Of a stretch of 34,564 nt of DNA, positions 7,765 through 15,142 are shown piece by piece (position 1 is the stretch's first letter; each line of letters begins with the position of its first letter). Source of the DNA: a virus (taxonomy: Duplodnaviria; Caudoviricetes); the IMG/VR virus record IMGVR_UViG_3300048574_000391, positions 1 to 34,564 of that record. One strand, written 5' to 3'. Both the position numbers and the translations under genes were made by a program. The notes below the pieces were generated by a model. It saw only the letters and a list, made by a program, of their open reading frames with translations, searched no databases and was not told the origin of the DNA.

Positions 7765-8249
7765 TGGCCACCGTCACCCCGTTCGAGGACGAGCTCGTCC
7801 CCACCGACGCCGCGCGCTCCCACCTCCACGAGTACCGCGCCCGCGGCGGTGCGCTCACCGACGCCGCCGCAGCCGCCGGCATCTCGGTCAGCACCGCCTA
7901 CTCCGTGCTCGGCGTCCACGGCCGCTCCCAGAAACGCATCGCCCGCTCATCCTCCGACGCCATCCAAGCCGTGCCGCTCCCGCCGCTGCCGGCCAGCGAC
8001 CCGCCCGACTGGACCGACCAGGCCGAATGCCTCGGAGCCGACACCGACCTGTTCTTCGCGGACGTCGGGAGCGTCGAGCTCGACCAGGCCCGCGCGATCT
8101 GCGCCCGCTGCCCCGTCTCCGACGACTGCCTCACCGCGAACCTGCGCGAGCCCTACGGCATGTTCGGCGGCCACTCCGCCACCAGCCGCGCCCGGATCCG
8201 CCGCGCCCGCCACCGTGACCGCCGCATCCAAGAGGAGCTCGCAGCATGA
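7764..8249 (+). CDS. WhiB-family Fe-S transcription factor fused to an N-terminal HTH (161 aa)
   Basis: W..QAEC...DLFF...ICARCPV...C...GMFGG (C-x23-C-x2-C-x5-C); N-terminal LTDAAAAAGISVSTAYSV HTH; TGATG coupling. Confidence 0.88.
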   Translation: MATVTPFEDELVPTDAARSHLHEYRARGGALTDAAAAAGISVSTAYSVLGVHGRSQKRIARSSSDAIQAVPLPPLPASDPPDWTDQAECLGADTDLFFADVGSVELDQARAICARCPVSDDCLTANLREPYGMFGGHSATSRARIRRARHRDRRIQEELAA

Positions 8250-9055
8250 CCGTCCCCACGATCACCGCGTCGATCGACGTCCCCGCCGAGCTCGAGTCGA
8301 TGTGGACCGCGCTGCGCGGCCGCACCGCCCAGGTCGACATCGTCGACGGCCGACTCACCCTCACCGTCGCCCTCCGCCCCCTCGCCACCGGCGGACCCGT
8401 CACCCCGATCGACATGGTCCGGGCGACCACACCGACGGAGACCGACCTCCAGCGGCTGCGCAGCACCCTCGACGAACGGGCACAGCAACTCGCTACGCGC
8501 CTCAGGAGCACGCCGGCCGAGCAGATCATCGCTGCCTCCGAGGACCTCGGCCTCGAGCTCCTGGACTGGCAGCGCGCCGCGATCCGAGCGCTCTACGCCA
8601 CACCAGCAGAGGGGGCGGGCGACGACAGCCCGGTGGGAGGTGAGGACCCGACCCACGACACGACCAGCGACACCATGACCAACGACAGCGTGGTCCTCAC
8701 CGACGCCGAGCTCGAGCCCGCCCCCAACCCACCCGACCCCGAACCCCAGCCGGAGCGTTCGATGCCGGTGTGGCGCTCGCTCGAGGACCGCGTGCTCGAC
8801 GTCATGCGCGCCGACCGCGACCGCACGTGGACCGCCCCTCAGCTCGCCGAGCACCTCCCGACCTCCAACCCCACCTCGATCAGCCGCGCGCTCGCCGCGC
8901 TCCGCACCAACGACGTCGTGCACCGCGTGAAGCACGGCGTCTACCAGCTGTGCGACATCGCGGAGCCTGAGGCAGCCACACCGTCCGGTCCGCCGGACGA
9001 GTCCACCATCGACGCCCGCCGGCGCCGCGCAGCCGAAGGCCTCTTCGGCCAGTGA
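8246..9055 (+). CDS. Multi-domain protein with C-terminal winged HTH
   Basis: RVLDVMRADRDRTWTAPQLAEHL...SISRALAAL...VHRVKHGVYQL. Confidence 0.7.
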   Translation: MTVPTITASIDVPAELESMWTALRGRTAQVDIVDGRLTLTVALRPLATGGPVTPIDMVRATTPTETDLQRLRSTLDERAQQLATRLRSTPAEQIIAASEDLGLELLDWQRAAIRALYATPAEGAGDDSPVGGEDPTHDTTSDTMTNDSVVLTDAELEPAPNPPDPEPQPERSMPVWRSLEDRVLDVMRADRDRTWTAPQLAEHLPTSNPTSISRALAALRTNDVVHRVKHGVYQLCDIAEPEAATPSGPPDESTIDARRRRAAEGLFGQ

Positions 9056-9513
9056 GAGACACGCTCACGTTCTTCGTCGACGGCGACCCCACACCCCAAG
9101 GGTCGAAGAGCGCGACGTGGAACCAGCGCGCCCAGCGCATCGTCGTGCTCGAGGGCCGCACCGCCGGCCAACGCCAGAAGTTCCACAACTGGCGCGACCA
9201 CGTCGCCTCCTGCGCGTTCCTCGCCCTCCACGACGCCGGCCGCCGCACCCCCTACCGCGGCCCGCTCGCCGTCGAGCTCCTGTTCGTCCACGTCCGAGCG
9301 AAGTCCACACCCGCCGAGCACCGGTGGCGCTCCAAACGCCCCGACATCGACAAGACCACCCGCGCCGTGCTCGACGGCCTCACCCAGGGCGCCGCCATCG
9401 GCGACGACGCCCAGGTCGCCGAGCTCATCGCCCGCAAGGTCCTCGCCCGCCCCGGCGAACCGATCGGCGTCCACATCTCCATCCGCACACTCGACCACGC
9501 AGAGGCCCCATGA
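9052..9513 (+). CDS. rusA: RusA-family Holliday junction resolvase
   Basis: GDPTPQGSK; KRPDIDKTTRAVLDGL...IGDDAQV. Confidence 0.92.
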   Translation: MRDTLTFFVDGDPTPQGSKSATWNQRAQRIVVLEGRTAGQRQKFHNWRDHVASCAFLALHDAGRRTPYRGPLAVELLFVHVRAKSTPAEHRWRSKRPDIDKTTRAVLDGLTQGAAIGDDAQVAELIARKVLARPGEPIGVHISIRTLDHAEAP

Positions 9514-9638
9514 CAGCCACCGACCCCAGACCCGCCACCCCAACACCACCCGACCCCGCCACGCCCGCCCAAACACCCTCAGACGGCGAGCAGCCCGGCA
9601 AGGCCGATCGGCCGTCCTTCATCGAGGTCGGACCATGA
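9510..9638 (+). CDS. Pro/Thr-rich 42-aa ORF
   Basis: ATGA overlaps at both ends, GAGG RBS. Confidence 0.5.
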   Translation: MTATDPRPATPTPPDPATPAQTPSDGEQPGKADRPSFIEVGP

Positions 9639-9814
9639 GCTGCCAGCGTTGCGACAAGCGCACCCACCGGATCAACGTCGAGCTCATCGCCGAGCAGGTC
9701 GGCGCACACCCGCTCTGTCTCGGGACCACCAAGAGCGGCGCGCCACGCCACCCCCTGTACGTCCGGAGCGACACCCCGCTGGTCCCCTACACCGAGCAAC
9801 GGGCCGCGGCATGA
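9635..9814 (+). CDS. 59-aa minigene carrying a DUF1643-like C-terminal motif (not in ORF track)
   Basis: MSCQRCDKRTHRINVELIAEQVGAHPLCLGTTKSGAPRHPLYVRSDTPLVPYTEQRAAA; ATGA overlaps at both ends. Confidence 0.7.
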   Translation: MSCQRCDKRTHRINVELIAEQVGAHPLCLGTTKSGAPRHPLYVRSDTPLVPYTEQRAAA

Positions 9815-10242
9815 CCGGCCCGACGTTCATCGAGGGTGAGCCGCCACCGTCCGAGCGGCAGAACGAGGCCGCGGCGCAGGCCCGGTTCTTCGCCGAGCTC
9901 CGGGCCCGACCCGGCGTGTGGGCACGGGTGTCGGACGAGCAGCTCGAGGAGATGGGCGGCGGCCTCGCCGTCACCTTCGCCCTCGATGATCACGGAGACC
10001 TCGAGTGGCACCGCTCAGCGGATGGCCGCGCGTGGATGCGCGCCAGCACACCGTTGGCAACGGCGCGCCGCCGGTGGAAGGACTGGTTGACGCAGGCAGC
10101 GGTGATCGCTGGCAGCGTCGCGATCGCCGGCGCACTGTTCCTGGCCGTGGCCCTCGCCGGCTGCGCGCCGGAGCCCCCGCCGCCGGCCGGCGCCCGCGCG
10201 TGCCAGCCGACGTGCCTCGTCGTCAGGACCACGATCCCGTGA
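9811..10242 (+). CDS. Hypothetical protein with C-terminal TM helix and LAGC lipobox-like motif
   Basis: ATGA overlap; AVIAGSVAIAGALFLAVALAGC. Confidence 0.65.
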   Translation: MTGPTFIEGEPPPSERQNEAAAQARFFAELRARPGVWARVSDEQLEEMGGGLAVTFALDDHGDLEWHRSADGRAWMRASTPLATARRRWKDWLTQAAVIAGSVAIAGALFLAVALAGCAPEPPPPAGARACQPTCLVVRTTIP

Positions 10243-10619
10243 GCACCGACGACGACCTCGAGCAGCGCCGAGAGCACGCCCGCCAGTTCGGCCACCAGAT
10301 GGCCGCCGGGCTCGGCTTCTCCTACGCCACCGACCCACCCGAGCCGCCGCCACCGCCACCGCCGGTCACCCACATCGTGCTCGCAGCGACCCGCATCCGC
10401 GCCGAGCAGTGGTGCCGCGACCGTGGCCTCCCACTCCCGAACCGGCGCACCCCCACTGAGCGCACCATCGTCGTGACCAGCGCCGACGGTGCCCGGTACC
10501 TGCGCGGCCTGACCGAACCGATCGAGCTCCACTACGCCAACGGCGGCGGAGAGATCGACCCACGCGCTTGGGACGCCGTGCACCACGCCGTCGACATCAT
10601 CCGGGGAGGTCCCCGATGA
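10239..10619 (+). CDS. Hypothetical protein (126 aa)
   Basis: GTGA overlap; coding-like GC3. Confidence 0.65.
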   Translation: MSTDDDLEQRREHARQFGHQMAAGLGFSYATDPPEPPPPPPPVTHIVLAATRIRAEQWCRDRGLPLPNRRTPTERTIVVTSADGARYLRGLTEPIELHYANGGGEIDPRAWDAVHHAVDIIRGGPR

Positions 10620-10975
10620 GCAACCACCCGCGGCGCCGGCGACGCACCCACGCCCGTGGCAGCGGCCCCCGCTCGAGGTCCGACGAGCTCGTCCCGATCA
10701 TGCAGGGCGTGATCCCCGACGCCACACCCGAATCGCTGGACAAGGCGCTGGAGGAGGCCCACGAGCACCTCCCGTGCTCACCCACGCACCGCGTCGAGCT
10801 CGGAGCCCGGCCGCTCGAGGAAGCCCTGGCCGACCCGCTCACGCTCCACCTGATCGGCGGCGACGAGGGCGTCGCCCTGGTGCGCGCCACCGCGGCCGAA
10901 GTCGGCGGCGACGACCCGCACCTGGTGCTCGCCGCTCTCGTGCCACGCGACGGAGGGAGGTGCGGCCACCGATGA
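10616..10975 (+). CDS. Hypothetical protein with Arg-rich N-terminus (119 aa)
   Basis: GGAGG RBS, ATGA overlap. Confidence 0.65.
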   Translation: MSNHPRRRRRTHARGSGPRSRSDELVPIMQGVIPDATPESLDKALEEAHEHLPCSPTHRVELGARPLEEALADPLTLHLIGGDEGVALVRATAAEVGGDDPHLVLAALVPRDGGRCGHR

Positions 10976-11253
10976 GCCGCAACGGGTCCCGCCGGCCCCG
11001 CGAGCCACACGAGCTCGTGTTCAGCCTCACGTGCATCCAGCTGGCCGACATCGCCGCGCGCGCCGATCGCATCGCCGCGCGTGTGCTCGAGGGGTTCCCC
11101 CACCGCCTCGAGTCCACCCGCATCGAACGCTCCACCGGCGCTAAGGAGCAGCCGCGCCGTCGCGGCCAGCTGCCACCCGCCGAACCGGTCCAGGGCGGCG
11201 ACGGTGTGCGGTGGAAGGTCACGTTCACCTACAGGGCGAGCGACCCGACGTGA
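10972..11253 (+). CDS. Hypothetical protein (93 aa)
   Basis: GGAGG RBS, ATGA overlap. Confidence 0.65.
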   Translation: MSRNGSRRPREPHELVFSLTCIQLADIAARADRIAARVLEGFPHRLESTRIERSTGAKEQPRRRGQLPPAEPVQGGDGVRWKVTFTYRASDPT

Positions 11254-11384
11254 CGACCGAGCAGGACGTACTCCGCCGCGCAGCGGAGATCGCGCGGTCC
11301 GAGGGCCGCCACACCATCCGACGGTCGCACCTGCGCCGAGCCGAACGCGTGCTCGGCGTCTCCGTGAAGGTCGCTCAACGGTGA
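11250..11384 (+). CDS. 44-aa basic helix-loop-helix miniprotein resembling histone-fold alpha2-L2-alpha3 or an AAA+ lid (not in ORF track)
   Basis: MTTEQDVLRRAAEIARSEGRHTIRRSHLRRAERVLGVSVKVAQR; GTGA overlaps at both ends fill the gap exactly. Confidence 0.65.
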   Translation: MTTEQDVLRRAAEIARSEGRHTIRRSHLRRAERVLGVSVKVAQR

Positions 11385-12154
11385 GCGGCACACACCCCTG
11401 GTTCCGTCTCTGGTCCGACATCATGTCGGACCGCAAGATCCGCCGGCTCCCCTCGAGCGATGAACGGTGGTTGTGGATCGCGGTCATGTCCGCCGCGTCC
11501 GAGTCCCCCGTCCGCGGCCACCTCCTGGTCGCCGACGGCGTCCCCATCACGTGCAGTGACCTCGCCGATATGGCGCAACTCCCGGAGCCAGATGTCGCCC
11601 GGGCCATGCGCCTCTTCGAGGAGCTCGGGCTGGTCAAGCTCGACGGCGCCACGTGGTGGCTTCCCCGCTGGTCGGTCCGTCAACCGGCCAGCGATGGCAC
11701 CTCAACCGAGCGCTCCCGAAGACACCGGGAACGTGCACGCAGCAACGATGCAACGTTGCAGCAACGTCCCGGGACGGGCACAGAGTCAGAGTCAGATCCA
11801 GAGCTAGATCCCTCGTCAGTCCTACAGACGGGTTCACCACGCGGCGCGCCCCGACCGTCGACCGACGACGACACCAGCGGATCCAACGCCGAACGGGTCG
11901 AGCTCGTCGCTCGACGCGTCGCCGAGCTCCGCCTCGAGCGGCAGCAGAAGCGACCGTCCAGCGTCACGCGGTGGATGCGCACCACCACGCGCAACCTCCG
12001 CACCGACGAGGGCGGCGCCTGGTGGCGCCGGCTCGAGGAGCTCGTCGCCACGCACCAGGACGACACCCCGCTCGACCTGCTCGCCCACGCCGCCGACGGC
12101 ACCCCATCCCGCACCCTCGCCCACTGGCGCACACCCCGAGAGGACATCGCATGA
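11381..12154 (+). CDS. Replication initiator (phage replisome-organiser N-terminal domain)
   Basis: PWFRLWSDIMSDRKIRRL...WLWIAVM...W..RQ...STERSRRHRER; GTG start by GTGA overlap. Confidence 0.85.
   Translation: MSGTHPWFRLWSDIMSDRKIRRLPSSDERWLWIAVMSAASESPVRGHLLVADGVPITCSDLADMAQLPEPDVARAMRLFEELGLVKLDGATWWLPRWSVRQPASDGTSTERSRRHRERARSNDATLQQRPGTGTESESDPELDPSSVLQTGSPRGAPRPSTDDDTSGSNAERVELVARRVAELRLERQQKRPSSVTRWMRTTTRNLRTDEGGAWWRRLEELVATHQDDTPLDLLAHAADGTPSRTLAHWRTPREDIA
11742..11811. repeat. Iteron-like repeats / probable replication origin inside initiator gene
   Basis: GCAACG at 11742, 11750, 11761; palindrome TGCAACGTTGCA 11749-11760; CAGAGT CAGAGT CAGATC CAGAGC TAGATC at 11781-11810; locally lower GC. 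Confidence 0.55.
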
Positions 12155-12393
12155 CCGACAGCGCCCGCGACGCGCTGCTCACACCGGCGGAGCATCACCT
12201 GATCAAGCTGCTCGGCGAGTGCTGGACCCGGTACTCGAGGATCGTCGGAGACGGACCGACCAGGGCAGCGGACAGCAACGAGTTCGTGACCAAGATCCAC
12301 GACTTGCAGCACGCGGTGATGGCGCAGGCCGCAGCGCGTGCGTATCCCGACGAGTACCGGCTGGTCGGCGAGTCGTTCGAGCGGACCGTCTGA
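12151..12393 (+). CDS. 80-aa helical-hairpin phage protein
   Basis: GAGGA RBS, ATGA overlap; LTPAE...EF...IHDLQHAVMAQAAARAYP. Confidence 0.8.
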   Translation: MTDSARDALLTPAEHHLIKLLGECWTRYSRIVGDGPTRAADSNEFVTKIHDLQHAVMAQAAARAYPDEYRLVGESFERTV

Positions 12394-12953
12394 TGCCGGC
12401 CCCACGCATCGACACGCTGCGCGCCCAGATCACCGCGACCATCACGCTCCTCGAGTCAGCCCGGGCTCAGCTCGACACGCTCCACGAGCTCGCCTACGAC
12501 CGCGCCGTCGCGGCCGAGCACCAGCGCACCAGCGGCGGCCAGGCCGACTACGCACTCGACCGCCACGGCGACCCCAAGGCCCGCGCCGCGTACGTCGAGC
12601 TCGGCAAGATGGTCATCCACGTGTGCGGCCACATCGCCACCAAGGTCCACCCCGCGGTGAAGCTGCTCGCCGACCCCGACGCCACCCGCGACGACAAGCC
12701 CCAGTCGATCAGCCCCCGCGACTGGGCCGACGTCACCGCCGCCCAGGCGCGCCGCATCGCACGCGGCGAGTTCGACCCCGGCCGCGTCGTCGCCCAGCCC
12801 GAACCGTCGAAGTGGCGCAAGAGCACCTCCGGCAAGATCAACGCGCTGGAGCTCGAGCTCCGGCAGGCCCGCGCCGAGCTCGACCGCCGAGCACGCCGGA
12901 TTCAACGCCTCGAGAAGCGCGTCGCCGCCGAACGAGCACGACGCCGGCCATGA
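12393..12953 (+). CDS. Hypothetical helical protein with basic C-terminal coiled coil (186 aa)
   Basis: TGATG overlap; coding-like GC3. Confidence 0.7.
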   Translation: MPAPRIDTLRAQITATITLLESARAQLDTLHELAYDRAVAAEHQRTSGGQADYALDRHGDPKARAAYVELGKMVIHVCGHIATKVHPAVKLLADPDATRDDKPQSISPRDWADVTAAQARRIARGEFDPGRVVAQPEPSKWRKSTSGKINALELELRQARAELDRRARRIQRLEKRVAAERARRRP

Positions 12954-13834
12954 CGCGGCCAGCGTTCTCGTACTACGGCGGCAAGAGCCGCCTCGCGCCC
13001 TGGATCGTGTCGCTGATGCCCCAGCACCGGGTCTACCTCGAGCCCTTCGCCGGGAGCGCCGCCGTGCTCCTGGCCAAACCACGCAGCGCACATGAGATCC
13101 TGAACGACGTCGACGGCGACGTGGTCCGGTTCCACCGAGTACTCCGTGACCAGCCCGACGAGCTCGAGGCGGCCTGTGCGCTCACTCCGTACGCGCGTGA
13201 CGAGTTCGAGCTCTGTCACCCCGACGGCCGAACCGAGGACCTCGGAGACGTCGAGCTCGCCCGCCGCTGGTGGGCCCGCTCGGCGATGAGCTTCGCCTCC
13301 ACCGGCACCGCCGCGACCGGCTTCTCCACGTCGATCATCCGCGGGGCGAACAACGCTCGGTCGATGGCCAACCGTGTCGGCCGGTTCGCTGAGGTCACCG
13401 CCCGCCTCCAGGGCGTCGTGATCGAGCACCGCAACGCGCTCGAGGTGCTCGAGCGGTACGCGTCACCGGATGCGGTGGCCTACCTCGATCCGCCCTACGC
13501 AGCGGAGGCACGCACCAGCTTCCGTGATGGCCGTCGCCCAGGCGGCGACTACGCCCATGAGTTCCACACCGAGGACGACCACCGCGCGCTGGCAGCGGCC
13601 GCACACGCCTTCCCTGGCACCGTGCTGATCTCCGGCTACCCGAGCGACCTCTACGACCAGGAGCTCTACGCCGACTGGTGCCGGCTGGACCGACAGATCG
13701 TGCGCCGAGCGAGCAACGGTCGGAGCGGGGTCAACCCGAAGGTGACCGAGGTCGTGTGGACCAACCGCCCGGTGCCCGACCGCCTCGAGCTGGAGTTCAG
13801 CGGATCAATGGACCTGTCCGCTGGGCGGCTCTGA
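12950..13834 (+). CDS. Orphan N6-adenine DNA methyltransferase (D12/Dam-like, alpha class)
   Basis: YYGGKSRLA, YLEPFAGSAAV (motif I), ILNDVD, YLDPPY (motif IV), EVVWTN. Confidence 0.92.
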   Translation: MTRPAFSYYGGKSRLAPWIVSLMPQHRVYLEPFAGSAAVLLAKPRSAHEILNDVDGDVVRFHRVLRDQPDELEAACALTPYARDEFELCHPDGRTEDLGDVELARRWWARSAMSFASTGTAATGFSTSIIRGANNARSMANRVGRFAEVTARLQGVVIEHRNALEVLERYASPDAVAYLDPPYAAEARTSFRDGRRPGGDYAHEFHTEDDHRALAAAAHAFPGTVLISGYPSDLYDQELYADWCRLDRQIVRRASNGRSGVNPKVTEVVWTNRPVPDRLELEFSGSMDLSAGRL

Positions 13835-14014
13835 GTCGGCGATCCTCACGGTGTTGAGCGTGCCCGGGTTGAGCACCAGCCACCCACCGCCAGTTGTGGA
13901 CGGGAAGACGAGGTTGCCGTGCATTCGCATCTGGCCAGCGAGCTCGGCTGCGTCGTCGATAGTGCTGACGAGCTCGCTAAGCCCGTCGTGGTTGCTGATC
14001 CTGATCTCTCCCAT
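13805..14014 (-). CDS. 69-aa moron on opposite strand, leaderless
   Basis: TAGCGT -10 box 7 nt before ATG; lower GC than flanks; convergent with methyltransferase. Confidence 0.65.
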   Translation of the reverse strand: MGEIRISNHDGLSELVSTIDDAAELAGQMRMHGNLVFPSTTGGGWLVLNPGTLNTVRIADSEPPSGQVH

Positions 14015-14052
14015 CTGCCGAACGCTACCGACGTCCCGCTCGCAGGTGGTGG

Positions 14053-14081
14053 TTCCACGACTTGGCGGCTGGTGCTATGTT
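14053..14081 (+). promoter_or_regulatory. Putative late-operon promoter TTCCAC-N17-TATGTT with extended -10 TG
   Basis: TG-C-TATGTT at 14073-14081 upstream of HNH; followed by hairpin 14101-14120 and GGAGG RBS. Confidence 0.5.
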
Positions 14082-14156
14082 CCCGGCTAGAGACGTGAGC
14101 GGTCCGCCCGAGGGCGGGCCGTTGCCGCGTCCGGGCTGGGACCTGGAGGTGGTCGG

Positions 14157-14429
14157 GTGCGGCGATCACGTGGTCGCTCGGGCCGGCCGTACGAGCGCCT
14201 CAAGGCCAGGGTCTTCGCCGAAGAGACGCACTGCTGGCTGTGCGGCCGGTGGGTCGACCAGTCGCTCCCGCCTCGCACCCGGTGGTCACGCTCGCTCGAC
14301 CACGTCATCTCGCTCGACGCCGGCGGCGACCCGCTGGCCAGGACCAACGCCCGGCTCGCTCACCTCTGCTGCAACAGCTCCAAGGGCGGACGGAAGTGGG
14401 GGGTGTCCCGGTCGAGCCAGGAGTGGTGA
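14157..14429 (+). CDS. HNH endonuclease (packaging-associated, HK97 gp74-like position)
   Basis: CWLCG...SLDHV...N..LAHLCCNSSKG; immediately before terminase. Confidence 0.9.
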   Translation: MRRSRGRSGRPYERLKARVFAEETHCWLCGRWVDQSLPPRTRWSRSLDHVISLDAGGDPLARTNARLAHLCCNSSKGGRKWGVSRSSQEW

Positions 14430-14590
14430 CCGGGTCGAACTCGAGGCCGGTTCCACGTTGAACGGAGCGACCGCGACGACCGGGAAGGTTGCACGTCCAA
14501 CGTTTTTAGGTGAGGCCGGACCCGCCGGAAGACCTGTGGAGTCCATCTTTCTCCCCGGCTCCTGAGGGGGGACCACCGAGGGGAGGTGCG
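14430..14590. other. Probable cos / packaging region with two GTTNNACGTNNAAC quasi-palindromes
   Basis: Non-coding gap between HNH and TerS; TTTTT run and CTTTCTCCCC tract as in 3'-cos phages; palindromes 14450-14463 and 14488-14501. Confidence 0.55.
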
Positions 14591-15142
14591 ATGGCAACCG
14601 TTCGCACCTCAAAGACTTCTGCGAAGCGGCCAGCGGCGGCCAAGAAGCCGGCCGCCAAGAAGGCACCATCGAAGACCCCGGCGAAGCGCTCGCCGGGCAG
14701 GGCTACCACCAAGGGGCGTGCGTCGAAGGCCCCATCGAGGGCGGCGGGGTCGAGCGCACCGACCGATCCGCCGCCCGCCACCAAGAAGCGACCGTCCGGC
14801 CGGGCCCGCACCGCCGCGAAGCGCGCCGCCGAGACACCCCCGCCACCGCCAACTCTGCCCGTCCACCCGTCCGAAGGGTCGCTCGCCGACACCGTCGACG
14901 ACTTCATCAAGCTCCGCGCACGCGACGAGGACTGGACACCGCGCCACTGGTCGCTCGCCGAGCTCGCCATGAAGCTCGCCCAGGCGCTCGACGAGGGCGC
15001 GGGGCTGGCCACCGCCGCCGTCGCGCGTGAGTTCAGAGCGACGCTCGGCGAGCTCGCACCCGCGACCAACTCCTCCGGAACTCCGCTTGAGCAGCTCCTC
15101 GCTCGCCTGTCCGCCCCGCTGGGGGACGGCGAGGAACCCTGA
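14591..15142 (+). CDS. terS: Terminase small subunit with Lys/Ala/Pro-rich (histone H1-like) N-terminal tail
   Basis: GGAGG RBS; LAMKLAQALD...AAVAREFRATLGEL actinophage TerS helices; overlaps TerL. Confidence 0.8.
   Translation: MATVRTSKTSAKRPAAAKKPAAKKAPSKTPAKRSPGRATTKGRASKAPSRAAGSSAPTDPPPATKKRPSGRARTAAKRAAETPPPPPTLPVHPSEGSLADTVDDFIKLRARDEDWTPRHWSLAELAMKLAQALDEGAGLATAAVAREFRATLGELAPATNSSGTPLEQLLARLSAPLGDGEEP

Noticed and set aside
9618-9835. TTCATCGAGG direct repeat flanking the DUF1643-like minigene
   Set aside because: 10 bp made of very common codons (Phe-Ile-Glu); chance is likely
12950-14429. Methyltransferase plus HNH as a restriction-modification system
   Set aside because: HNH is the small terminase-adjacent type behind its own putative promoter; orphan methyltransferases are common in temperate phages
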